DNA of 64,000 nucleotides from Dimorphilus gyrociliatus (lineage: Eukaryota > Animalia > Annelida): contig CAJFCJ010000042.1 of the NCBI GenBank assembly GCA_904063045.1, positions 1 through 64,000 on the forward strand, written 5' to 3'. Each line of letters starts with the position of its first letter. Position 1 is the first letter of the stretch. The position numbers were made by a program, and so were the translations under genes. The notes below the pieces were generated by a model. That model had not been told where the DNA came from, searched no databases, and saw only the letters and a list, made by a program, of their open reading frames with translations. This document shows positions 50,501 to 62,051 of this stretch, piece by piece.

Positions 50501-52117
50501 ACAATGAGTTGCACAAGATTGTATAGTAGAATGTAGAAATGACACAAGCTCATGTCCTTGATAATTTTTTTTATGATGTCTTTCAAAACCCTGAACATTA
50601 TCTGTGCAAAAGAAATGAGATTAAACCATTGCAAAAATTCAAATTTGATGATCTGGTTTTGAGTTATACCTGCTGGTTTTTTGATGAAGAAATCTGTATC
50701 ATCATTGTGTACAAAAAAGTGTCCTTCAGCTTTTCCTTGATTCTTTAGAAGGCATTCTGACATTATATTATTAAAAACAAATGCTTTGCAATCTACATGA
50801 CTTTTACAATGAGTTGCACAAGATTGTATTGTAGAATGTGGATATGACACAAGCTCATGTCCTTGATAATTTTTTTTATGATGACTTTCAAAACCCTGAA
50901 CATTATCTGTGCAAAAGAAATGAGATTAAACCATTGCAAAAATACATATTTGATGATCTAGTTTTCCACTATACCTGCTGGTTTTTTGATGAAGAAATCT
51001 GTATCATCGTTGTCTACAAAAAAGTGTCCTTCAGCTTTTCCTTGATTCTTTAGAAGGCATTCTGACACTTTATTATTAAAAACAAAAGCTTTGCAATCTA
51101 CATGACTTTTACAATGAGTTGCACAAGATTGTATAGTAGAATGTGGATATGACACAAGCTCATGTCCTTGATAATTTTTTTTATGATGTCTTTCAAAACC
51201 CTGAACATTATCTGTGCAAAAGAAATGAGATTAAACCATTGCAAAAATACAAATTTGATGATCTGGTTTTGAGTTATACCTGCTGGTTTTTTGATGAAGA
51301 AATCTGTATCATCGTTGTCTACAAAAAAGTGTCCTTCAGCTTTTCCTTGATTCTTTAGAAGGCATTCTGACACTTTATTATTAAAAGCAAAAGCTTTGCA
51401 ATCTACATGACTTTTACAATGAGTTGCACAAGATTGTATTGTAGAATGTGGATATGACACAAGCTCATATCCTTGATAATTTTTTTTGTGATGTCTTTCA
51501 AAACCCTGAACATTATCTGTGCAAAAGAAATGAGATTAAACCATTGCAAAAATTCAAATTTGATGATCTGGTTTTGAGTTATACCTGCTGGTTTTTTGAT
51601 GAAGAAATCTGTATCATCATTGTGTACAAAAAAGTGTCCTTCAGCTTTTCCTTGATTCTTTAGAAGGCATTCTGACATTATATTATTAAAAACAAATGCT
51701 TTGCAATCTACATGACTTTTACAATGAGTTGCACAAGATTGTATAGTAGAATGTAGAAATGACACAAGCTCATGTCCTTGATAATTTTTTTTATGATGTC
51801 TTTCAAAACCCTGAACATTATCTGTGCAAAAGAAATGAGATTAAACCCTTGCAAAAATACATATTTGATCATCTAGTTTTCCATTATACCTGCTGGTTTT
51901 TTGATGAAGAAATCTGTATCATCATTGTGTACAAAAAAGTGTCCTTCAGCTTTTCCTTGATTCTTTAGAAGGCAGTCTGACATTTTATTATTAAAAACAA
52001 ATGCTTTGCATTCTATAAGGTTTTGGCACAAGAATGTATATTTGAGTTTGAGAACATTTGGAGGTTATGTCCTGAATATTGTTTTTTTGAATGTCTATTA
52101 AATCCAATAATATTAGC
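44571..52117 (-). repeat. Coding tandem array: 24 near-identical 305-bp units plus 1 divergent unit (237-bp exon + 68-bp intron)
   Basis: The anchor GCTTTGCAATCTACATGAC recurs every 303-305 bp from 44686 to 51698; intron GTATAAC...TTTGCACAG is 68 nt. Confidence 0.95.
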
Positions 52118-52620
52118 TGGTGATTGTAAATGTTATAAAAAAATAGTCTTTTGTTAATATTTTTTGTTATATACTAACATGATTTGCAAGTGTATTCTAC
52201 TTTCAAATATTTAGGAACACCTTGACATGGTTCTCCAAAGATTTCTGAATTGGCTTGTATAGTGCACTGTGTCTTTCCACTACAGAGGGCTAGAACTTTC
52301 TCAAAAGAATTTGAGGCAACACAATTGTTTTCTATGACAAAGGCTTTTACAGAAGGTTCTTGTAAGGATGTGTTTGCACATGTATTAAATTCGTTTTTTT
52401 CTCTTCCATAAGCAGCTGTCGATATGTTTAATTCGTGATTAGCATCACATTTCAAATAAAGAGTTTGATTTTCACATGCATTTCCGGAACATGCCCTAAT
52501 ACCTACAAATAAATGATAACATATAACGGACTGTTGTCTGGTGTGAAGTGTCAATAGATAAATACCTTGAATAGTCAAATTAAATACCACCAATAAATAA
52601 AGCATACAAAATGCACTCAT
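44571..52620 (-). CDS. Secreted SUEL (rhamnose/galactose-binding) lectin followed by 25 PAN/Apple domains; frame lesions present
   Basis: Exon 1 52566-52620 encodes a signal peptide; exon 2 52179-52502 has ACENQTLYLKC...AAYGR...C...CSGKTQCTIQANSEIFGEPCQGVPKYLKVEYTC (SUEL). Repeated 237-nt phase-1 exons encode CATHCKSHVDCKAFVF..ECLLK (PAN); stop at 44571-44573. Confidence 0.85.
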
Positions 52621-53092
52621 ATTGATGTTGAAAGAAGTTTTTGAAGTATTCTGAGGGTTTACATGTAAGTTTTGTTCTTATATACTTTTTATAAACACTA
52701 TATTTTTAACATTGTATTGATTCTCATCATTTTAAAATATGTACATACACTACAAATATGTTTAAATAAAACTATGGTTATGTAAATGTTTGAACAAGTG
52801 TTGAGTTCATTTAAGTGGAACTGAGCAAGTTTGTGTACTGTTTTTGACAATTTATATATAGAAAATTAATACTTTTGAACTCATGTTGCTTCAAATAATT
52901 ACCACTAAGATTATTCTAAATATTTTCCTGTAAAATACTATTGGAGAATCTTTTGTATTATTATGAATATTTTATTTTTAAATAAATAGTTAAGTGCTTC
53001 ATATATTTTTTAATTTTTTTCAAAAAGACTGCAAATTTTTCTCCTCTACAAAATCTCCCTATTCATCCTGGAGAACATTTACACCATTATAT

Positions 53093-53646
53093 TAGGGTCA
53101 CCCAGAAAATTCTCGCCATTTGTGTCTAACAGCTAAAAAAAAAGTTACAAAATATACTTATTCATAAATGTTAATTAATGTCTTAGGTATATCTATTTAG
53201 CTTCAAATTCCCCATTAATGTCAATGCATATTTTCCACCTGGCAGGAAGCATATCAATTCCTTTGGCAAAGTATAAGGGTGGTTTGGAGCTAAAAAGAGG
53301 CCCTTACTGCTGTTTTTAATTCATGATCATTTTCAAATATTTGTCTGTGAAGATGGTCCTTCAATTTTCAGAAAAGATAATAGTCTGATGGAGAGAGATC
53401 TGGGCTGTAGGCTGGATGAGGCAGCATTACCCATCCAGTTGTTTGAAGATATTGGCTTGTTTGTAGGCTGATGTGAGATCTGGCATTGTCTTGCAAAAAA
53501 ATCACTTCTCCATTAGGCCTGATTCTATTTATTCTTTGTTTTAATTGCTTTAGAATGTTGATGTAAATTTCTGAATTTATTCTGATGTGTGAATTTAGAA
53601 ATTGCAGGTGAATAAGCCCTTTCCTATCCCAAAACACACATGCCAT
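53093..53646 (-). mobile_element. Mariner (DD34D) 3' remnant with probable TIR
   Basis: ACVFWD, FLQDNARSH and HPAYSPDLSPSDYYLF with 34-residue D-D spacing; TIR-like TTAGGGTCACCCAGAAAATT at ~53093. Confidence 0.85.
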
Positions 53647-55005
53647 TAGTTTGTCTGCTCACTTACCTGCCTTAACCTTAACCAAACTAATCTTCCCCTA
53701 AAATGTTATTAGGGTAGGCTATATTTGTAAACAGGTACATTCAAACCTGACCCCAAGTTAAATATTTATCTTTTAAACCTGCATAAGAAAATGCAAGAAT
53801 ATTTGGCCAAATGTATATCTTGATTAGTCATGCTGAAGGTTCATTTTTAATTATCAGTTTTCTCCTTCAGCTTATGTAACTATAAATGTCAACGATGCTG
53901 TAATTAACCATTAAAATTCTCTTAAATTCAAGTATATACCTATAGGATCTCTTGAATCAAGTGTTGAAGCAACTGACTTTTATTCTTGTTTGAAAGGAGA
54001 AATAATATACAAACTTGACAAGACTCAAACCATATGGGATTCTACTTTGAAGTTAGAGAAAATTTCTAACTATAAGGTATCCAGTTATCAATCAGTTATC
54101 ATTATCTATTTAAAGTACGCAATAGAAGACATTTAGGTGAAATTTTTATTTAACTGTAATGAATTTCAAATATTTATTACAACTGATAAAGATACTTTTA
54201 TTTCTATAAAAAATAATTGTGAATACCAAGACAATTTTAATTTATCTTAAAACTCTTAATACTATCTAGTAATGATGAATTAAAAGTTATATTTGATATT
54301 TTTGAAGAAAAATTTACTTGTATTATTTTTAAATTGAGCAAATATTATACAAAATTGAATACTCCAGCACATTTTATTTGTTATAAAGAGGAATATGAAA
54401 AATGTGATTCATTGTAACTGTTCATATGGTAATTAATTCCACTGTAGTGACATATTTACAAGAACATTTCATCCCAGGATATTCAGGCCCATCATAGGCC
54501 ATTTTGGCTCTTTTGTGGACATTCAGGCCTACTTTTTGACATTTTGACAAAGGTTTTCATTACATACTATCAATACAAAAAAACAAAATATAAAATAATC
54601 TTGAATTTAATAATACTAGTTCCCAGTATGTCATGATGTCAGGCAAAGAAAATTATTTAATAAATTAAAGAAAAAAGATATTGTGCACTTAAAAGTAGCT
54701 TACATAAGGACTATTTAAGAATAAAAGGTGATTGGGACAATTTATCATGAATTTTAAACATTCAATTATAGGTTATTAAAATAATAGAATTGTCTATTAA
54801 ATAGGCTTAATCATTTAAATATGACAAACTTAGAATGGTGAAGGTCACACAGCTGTTGTTTACCACAGGAAAACAACAGCAAATGTTTAAGGAAATTGTT
54901 AGATTTGATAAGCCTTAGCAGATGTTTGAATTGTAGATTAGCATATGTTCACTATTTCTTTAAGAATTCTTGTTATATTTGAATGATGAAAGTGATATTC
55001 CTATC

Positions 55006-55414
55006 AGGGCGAACAGAAAATGTCCACAAGTGAGATTTTTGAAAGCAACATTACAGATTGAAAAATAGCTAGAAGAAGTAAAATAACTATTGATTTGTAG
55101 TTAGGGGGTTCCATCTAAGGGTTAGGGGTAATTAAAGAGGTCAGGAACAGATAAGGTCTAGGTCTTGGGGTTAGGGTTTGCCAATCCAGTATAGACTGAC
55201 AAGCCCCCAATTGCACTCATGCTGGAAGCTTGTTTGGTTGTGGCTGTTTTGGAGCTACTATCTAAAGTAGTAGTTCCTAGCCTAAGCTGTTCACTGTATC
55301 TCCAACACAACCCAAGTCCAAACTCTCTAAAATGGTGAAGAGAATCTGAACTGCAGTGTTTCCACTAAAAAATCTCACAAAGAATCTCACTATATTTTGG
55401 AGGTGTTCCTCCTT
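55006..55414 (-). repeat. Composite of family A (55006-55145) and family B (55150-55414) repeats
   Basis: Colinear with 43387-43520 and reverse complement of 31588-31862. Confidence 0.75.
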
Positions 55415-55617
55415 CCTCAGGTGAGATAAGAGAGGTCTCAGTTAGACTATCACCAGTCTGATTACTGATAGACTTGGTGTATGGAAAGTTCGATACCAGT
55501 GTCACTGACTGTCCTCTTGTGCCCTGATTGGCCCACTTTGGGACATTTCCGCCCAAAATATTTCACCCCATGTTAGAAAAATAACAAGAAAAAACATGTA
55601 ATTTTCAATTGCAGTTC

Positions 55618-55619
<2 letters not shown>

Positions 55620-55648
<29 letters not shown>
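55620..55648. repeat. (AT)n microsatellite
   Basis: Direct reading of the sequence. Confidence 0.9.
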
Positions 55649-55805
55649 ATCATTCAAAAAATTTAAAACATTTTCATATTACCAGTTTTCTTTTTTTCAA
55701 AAGTATATTTTACTATTTTTTGCAATTTCCTTTTCCTGTTGTGAAAAAAGTAGAGGGTATATTTGTTTTCTTGCATTTCATCCTAGTTTTGATAGAAACC
55801 ACAGC

Positions 55806-57817
55806 ATGAATTTGAAAAATTGTTGGAAGTGTGGATTGAGGTTCCACTGGACTCAAAGAAAATTCAGATGCAAGTTGTGCAAACATTTTTATCATGCAAA
55901 ATGTTCAAAAAGTAAGTGTATTCTATTAAACTTTCCAATGTTTAATGCTATATCATTTATATATTAAGATACAGATTATTGCTCTGATTGTCATGATGTC
56001 AGGAGAAGACAATTATTTATTAAATTGAAGAAAATAGATAATTATCATCAGAGTGAAATTCTTCAAGAAAGTGATATTGATATGGAATCTTCAATGGATT
56101 ATGCAAGTGAAAGCAACACAAATCAGGTAATTTCAATGCTTAAAAAATATTAATATCTCACTCTAAATTATTTTTGACAGCTGAGACTCTCTTTTGACTT
56201 TAATTCAACTGAATCATCAAATATTGAAAAAGAGGTGAATCTTCCTGATAATAGGCAAGATATGAGAGATATGAAAGTTGACATCAGTGATGAAACTTCA
56301 TTTGAGATGGATGAGCAGTGTAACATTATGGAAACTGAAACAGATGAATTCAAAATTGTTGTTGGTGGAAGTACCAAAGGTAAAGACTTACTTCTACACA
56401 AAAATTGTTCATATTCCATGAAAAGAAAAACTGAGAGTTCAATTACCTGGAGATGTACTCAAAGATATGCTAAAAATCCTTGTCCTGCATACATAATACA
56501 AAAAGGATCAAATTTCATTGTAAAAAATGGAAACCATCTTCATAAGTTGTATAAAAATCTGGAAAATGTTCTTCAATCAAGAATGGATTTGAAAGAAATG
56601 GCAAATTGTGACAATAACAAAACTGGTAAAAGAATAGCAGAAGATATTATTCTTAAATTTAAAGATAATATTGAAGACTTACCAGAATTAGAATCACTAA
56701 GAAGAAAAGCTTCCAGATATAAAGAGAATAGAAGACCAAAGCATCCTAGAGATTTACACTTTGAAATAAATCTAGATGAAATTCCAATGGATTTCTTATT
56801 GAAAGATATAAAAGAAAAGAAAAATCAATGTATTATATTTGGTACAAATCATCAAATAGAATTACTTGAATGTTGTAAAATTTGGTTCATTGATGCAACT
56901 TTTAAAGTTGTTAGAGATCCATTTTATCAACTCTTTTCAATTCATGGATTCTTGAAAAAACATGATGAATATCAGCAGGTTCCATTGATTTATGTTCTGA
57001 TGAGTAGCAAAAAGAAAAACTGCTATATTGCTGTTCTTCAGGTTTGAAATTTTTCAATATGATATTCACTTTTAATTTAACTCCTTATAAATGAACACAG
57101 GAGATAAGAATATTACTGAATGATAAAACACCCAGGAAATGTGTTCTTGATTTTGAAAAGACTATATGGATGTCACTTAAAGACCAGTTTCCTAATTCTG
57201 ACCTTCAAGGATGCTCTTTTCATTTCAAGCAAGCAATTTTGAGAAACATTCAGGTAGATTAAACAATACTGCAAACAATTAAATATTCATAGAAAATTTT
57301 TTGTTAGAAACTTGGATACATTAATGATTATAAAGAAAATGAATATAAAGGGAAAATGTTACAAAAATTGATGTGTTTGGCCTATCTTCCAGCAAAATTT
57401 GTTGAACAAAAGTTTTTTCAAATAAAAGAAGAACTTTGTGAAAAGAAATTGTTTTCAGATTTGCTTGATTATATTGAAGAAACATTTATTAAAAGCAGCA
57501 TTTGGCCTCCTAAATTCTGGTCTGTCTATCAATTGGCTGTGAGAACAAACAATCATGTTGAGGCATGCCATTCCAGGTTTAAAAAAAACTTGAACATGGA
57601 TGAGAACTTGTAATCTCTCATAAAAGAATTGAGAAGAGAAGCTGAGTTAGTAGAGATCTTTGAAAAGTTATTGTCTGAGAAAAAGTTAAGAAAGATACAA
57701 AAGAAGAAGTATCAAGATTTACAATTCAAAATATTTCAGTTGTGGAGTAAATTTGAAGAAAGGGAACTGAGTTTGGATGAATTATTGGATGGACTTGTAC
57801 ATTTAAATATTTTTTAA
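55806..57817 (+). pseudogene. Intron-containing Mutator-like (MULE) transposase: PHD finger - FLYWCH - MULE DDE
   Basis: CWKC/..RCKLCKHFYHAKCSK|NYCSDC (PHD, frameshifted); YSMKR..ITWRCT..CPA..HLH (FLYWCH); WFIDATFK..YQLFSIH, LDFE and GCSFHFKQA, RTNNHVEACH; premature TAA at 57611-57613. Confidence 0.88.
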
Positions 57818-57961
57818 AAGTTAACATTTCTTACTCTGCATTTTTGTTATTGTATGTTATATCATTCTTTTACTGTTTTGAAATTGTTTCCTTTCTTATT
57901 GAAAAAATAAACATAATCCATCATAAAATGGAAAGTTATATTCTTGAATATTAATGCTCTA

Positions 57962-58081
57962 AAATGGGCCGAAATGTCCAAAAGTGGGCCAAAATGTCCT
58001 GGGCCGAAATGTCCTAAAGTGGGCCGAAATGTCCAGAGTGGGCCGAAATGTCCAAAAAGTGGGCCGAAATGTCCTGGCCCC
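57962..58081. repeat. MULE right-end array of GGGCCGAAATGTCC motifs ending in GGCCCC
   Basis: Six to seven tandem motifs; degenerate inverse motifs at ~54470-54545 and ~55530-55556 may be left-end remnants. Confidence 0.8.
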
Positions 58082-58085
58082 ATAC

Positions 58086-58680
58086 AGGATGAGTAGCAAA
58101 AAGAAAGTTGTTATATTGCTGTGCCAGTTCCAAAGTCTGACCTTTAAGGATACTTTTTTTCATTTTAAGCAAACAGTTTTGAGGCACATTCAGGTAGATT
58201 AAATGAAAAAAGAAATAAAGCACTAATTCAATATGTTTTTAGAAACTTGGATACATTACTGATTATAAAGAAAATGAATATAAAGTAAAAATGTTACAAA
58301 AATTAAAGTGTTTGGCCTATCTTCCTCCAAGTTTTATTGAACAAAAGTTTGTCCAAATGAATGATGAACTCTGTGAAAAGAAATGGTTTTAGATTTGTTT
58401 GAATACATTGAAGAAACACTGATTGAAAGCAGTGCTTGGCCTGTTCAATTTTGGTCTGTTTATCAATAAGTTGTGAGATCAAACAGGCAAGCTGATGAAT
58501 GGCATTCCAGACTTAACAAAAACTAGAATGTGGATGAGAAAGTCTATTCTCTAATAAAAGAATACAAGAAAAGCTAAATTAGTAGAGACCTTGCAAAAGT
58601 TAATGTCTGAAAAAAGTTGAGAAAGATGCAAAAGAGAAAGTATAAAAATTTACAATTTAAAATATTCCAGTTTTGGAATT
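58086..58680 (+). pseudogene. Second, deleted MULE transposase copy (3' half)
   Basis: Colinear with 56998-57740 including the intron, with internal deletions and stops. Confidence 0.8.
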
Positions 58681-59532
58681 TAGCTGTTGGTTGAGAATTC
58701 AATCCTATTTACAAACCTTTTGGAAGATGTAGTCATACTTTGGCAGAAAATAGACCATGGTATTTAATTCAACTTGAAAAATCACTTCTTCCAGAAAAGT
58801 CTTCCACTTGCTCAGCAAAATATAATTATTGGTACTCAATTATCAAAAGATATCAATATAACAGATTTTAATAAATATCAACAATCTTTAACAATTACTG
58901 GAGGTGTGTTACATTCAAGATCTGTAACAGTGAACTGCTCTGGCTTAGCTAATTTATGCATTTGCAACTGATAACTGTAATGGTTCTACTCAAACCTTTA
59001 AACAAAGTGTTTCAACTTAAGAGCTTTATTTGAAATAGAATACTTCAGCAAGTAACAACATAAAAGTTCAATAACAGAGTAGATAGGATATTGTCAAGCT
59101 ACCAAATTAACACTCAATATTGAGGAGTGAGTAGAAGGCTTGTACCATGGGAGGTTGTCTCCAGATGATCCTCTGAAGTGATCAGTTGAAGAGATGACAA
59201 ACATTTGAATAACACAGTGAGGATTTGTTCCTAGATGATCTAGATAGGGAAGAGAGTTAGTGCAATTATAGGGATCTGGGAGAAAAAAGTTTTTGCTATT
59301 ATATCCTAACCCTAATCCACCAGTTAAGGAGATTGCTTCCATTTTATGCTTCCTAACCCTCAGTTTAGGCCTACATAAACTGATAATATTAAAAGGAAAA
59401 TTTTCCTAATCTTAGAATTGCTCAAAAAGTTATCCTAAATTTTAACCTACTGGGCTGTTTTATCCCAACCCTCATTTATAGAGGGAAAATGAATGATAAC
59501 AAACAAATCTACCCAAGATAATAAGAGTATAG

Positions 59533-60051
59533 TTAGACAAATATCTTCAATGCATATTGATCATAAGAAGATAATCTCAAGATAGATTCGTTATGCCCAT
59601 ATCTATTTTGTTTTGAATGTCTAGAAATCCTATCACTATGAAATGTGCAAATATCTGTTGAAATTGTCACTGACTGTCTTACTGCCCTTGTCCAGTTTAC
59701 TGCTTTTAGCATTTCTTCAATGTAGTAGTTATCTAACTTCCAGTGTGATGGACTAATAGGCTGCTCTAAGTGATAGGTTACAATTTCCCTCAATTTACCT
59801 TTAGATCTCATTAATTTATATTTTGTCTTGGTTTCTCTATACCATTCATTAAGGCTGGGTATAAGATTGTTATGTTTATATGATGTGAGTTGTTCTCTTA
59901 CTGTATTTGGATAGTTTAATAATTGTTTTTCTTCAATTTCTACAATCCTATGATAATGTAGTGATTGGTATCGGTGTTCACTGGCTGTTTCCAGTATCAG
60001 CAGCAATGTTTGAGCAACTTTGAATCTTTGTACTTTCATATAAATGAACAT
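59533..60051 (-). pseudogene. Possible non-LTR retrotransposon ORF2 C-terminal fragment
   Basis: W...K....KGKL..I......HW...E....A..W.RA followed by a decayed Cys/His-like region resembles post-RT LINE sequence; weak. Confidence 0.25.
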
Positions 60052-60278
60052 TGTTTAAAGTAATATTAGTTAATTGCAATTTATCTATAGCGGACTACAG
60101 TAGTAGAATGTATCAATCCACTCACAAACAAAAACTTCTCAAAGGGTCTTGCTTATCTTTACAAATTTACAAGAAATTGGTAAATAATAAAAAGGACTTA
60201 AAAAATTAATGAATCAATAATAAGAGTTAAAATCATAACATACAACTTTAAATACTATGAAAATATATTAGAGATATT

Positions 60279-62051
60279 TTATGTTCTTAGAATTTCTAAT
60301 CCTGAACAATATCTCTGCAAATTTCCAATTTCTCTAATTTGTTCTTCACTGAAGCTGCAGCCATACAATTCCAGATGTTTCAAAGTGTTTGATGACATTT
60401 GAAGCCCTTCACAAATATTCAAAAATCCATTTTTCATATTTAAATTTAGTGATAGATTAATAGTTTTAACTGTGGGACAATATTTCAGCAAATTTCCAAT
60501 TTTTCTACTCTGTTCTTCATTTAAATTACAGCAATATAGTTCCAGATGTTTCAAAGTGTTTGATGACATTTGAAGTCCTTCACAAATATTAAAAAATCCA
60601 TTTTGCATATTTTTATTCTGTGATAGATTGATTGTTTCAATTGCACAACAATATTTCAGCAAATTTCCAAACTCTAAGCTTTGTTCTTCATTTAAATCAC
60701 AACCACACAATTCCAGATTTCTCAAGGTATATGATGACATTTGAAGACCATTACAAATATTCAAAAACCCACTTCCCATAGTATTATTCCATGATAGATG
60801 GATTGTTTCAATTGTGGGACAATGCTTCATAAACTTTCCAATCTCTATACTTTGTTCTTTATTCAACTCACACCAATCTAAATGAATATACTTTAAAGTG
60901 TTTAATGACATTTGAAGTCCTTCACAAATATTCAGAAATGCATTTCCAATTTTTTTATTCTGAGATAGATTGATTTCTTCAATTGTGGAACAACACTTTA
61001 TAAAATTTCTAATCACTGTACTTTGTTCTTCATTTAAATCACAATTACATAATTTCAAGAATTTCAAAGTGTGTGAAGACATTTGAAGTCCTTCACAAAT
61101 ATTAAAAAATCCATTTTGCATATTTTTATTAAATGATAGATTAATTGTTTCAATTGTGGAACATTGTTTGAGGAATTTTCCAATTTCTCTACTTTGTTCT
61201 TCATTTAAATCACACCAATCTAAATGAACATTTGTTAAAGTGTTTGATGACATTTGCAGACCTTCACAAATTTTCAAAAATCCATTTTGCATATTTTTAT
61301 TCCGAGAGAGATTAATTGTTTCAATTGTGGAACAATGCTTAAGAAATTTTCCAATTTCTCTACTTTGTTCTTCATTTAAATCACAATCACATAATTCCAG
61401 ATGTTTCAAAGTGTTTGATGACATTTGAAGTCCTTCACAAATATTAAAAAATCCATTTTGCATGTTTTTATTCAGTGAAAGCTTGATTGTTTCAATTGCA
61501 CAACAATATTTCAGCAAATTTCCAAATTCTAAGCTTTGTTCTTTATTTAAATCACAACGACATAATTCCATATATTTCAAAGTCTTTGATGACATTTGAA
61601 GACCTTCACAAATATTCAAAAATCCATTTCCCATATTATTATTCCATGATAGATGAATTGTTTCAATTATGAAACAATGTTTCATAATCTTTCCAATCTC
61701 TATACTTTGTTCTTCATTCAACTCACACCAATCTAAATGAACATTCTTTAAAGTGTTTAATGACATTTGCAGACCTTCACAAATATTCAGAAATCCATTT
61801 CCCATACTAATATTCAGTGATAGATTGATTGTTTTTATGGTGGAGCAATGTTTCAGCAAATTTCCAAATTCTCTACTTTGCTCTTCATTTAAATTACAAT
61901 CATATATTTTTAGATATTGCAAATTTTTTAATAAGAGTCCTTGACAAATATTTAAAAATCCATTCCTCATATTTTTATTCAAAGATAGATGTTGGAGTTT
62001 ACTTATATTTTCATTTTGTTTTGGATTTTTTGCCTGCATTAAGGACAACAA
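60279..62051 (-). CDS. RI-like LRR protein with ~10 tandem 57-aa (171-bp) units; true N-terminus possibly disrupted
   Basis: NGFLNICEGLQMSSNTLKxxxLxxCxLNEEQS.EIG..LK.C.TIETINLSxN repeats at a 171-bp period; the upstream frame from ATG 62202 has a stop (62155-62157) and a frameshift. Confidence 0.8.
   Translation of the reverse strand: MLSLMQAKNPKQNENISKLQHLSLNKNMRNGFLNICQGLLLKNLQYLKIYDCNLNEEQSREFGNLLKHCSTIKTINLSLNISMGNGFLNICEGLQMSLNTLKNVHLDWCELNEEQSIEIGKIMKHCFIIETIHLSWNNNMGNGFLNICEGLQMSSKTLKYMELCRCDLNKEQSLEFGNLLKYCCAIETIKLSLNKNMQNGFFNICEGLQMSSNTLKHLELCDCDLNEEQSREIGKFLKHCSTIETINLSRNKNMQNGFLKICEGLQMSSNTLTNVHLDWCDLNEEQSREIGKFLKQCSTIETINLSFNKNMQNGFFNICEGLQMSSHTLKFLKLCNCDLNEEQSTVIRNFIKCCSTIEEINLSQNKKIGNAFLNICEGLQMSLNTLKYIHLDWCELNKEQSIEIGKFMKHCPTIETIHLSWNNTMGSGFLNICNGLQMSSYTLRNLELCGCDLNEEQSLEFGNLLKYCCAIETINLSQNKNMQNGFFNICEGLQMSSNTLKHLELYCCNLNEEQSRKIGNLLKYCPTVKTINLSLNLNMKNGFLNICEGLQMSSNTLKHLELYGCSFSEEQIREIGNLQRYCSGLEILRT

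Noticed and set aside
44571-52000. CRISPR-like or satellite interpretation of the 305-bp array, and the many + strand MDMTQAHVLDNFF ORFs
   Set aside because: Units are contiguous exon+intron with no unique spacers. The + strand ORFs are antisense shadows, and the 120-aa minus ORFs are read-through into the intron and a wrong frame.
57862-58223. ORFs with GHFGP repeats
   Set aside because: Translations of the MULE terminal tandem repeat, not genes.
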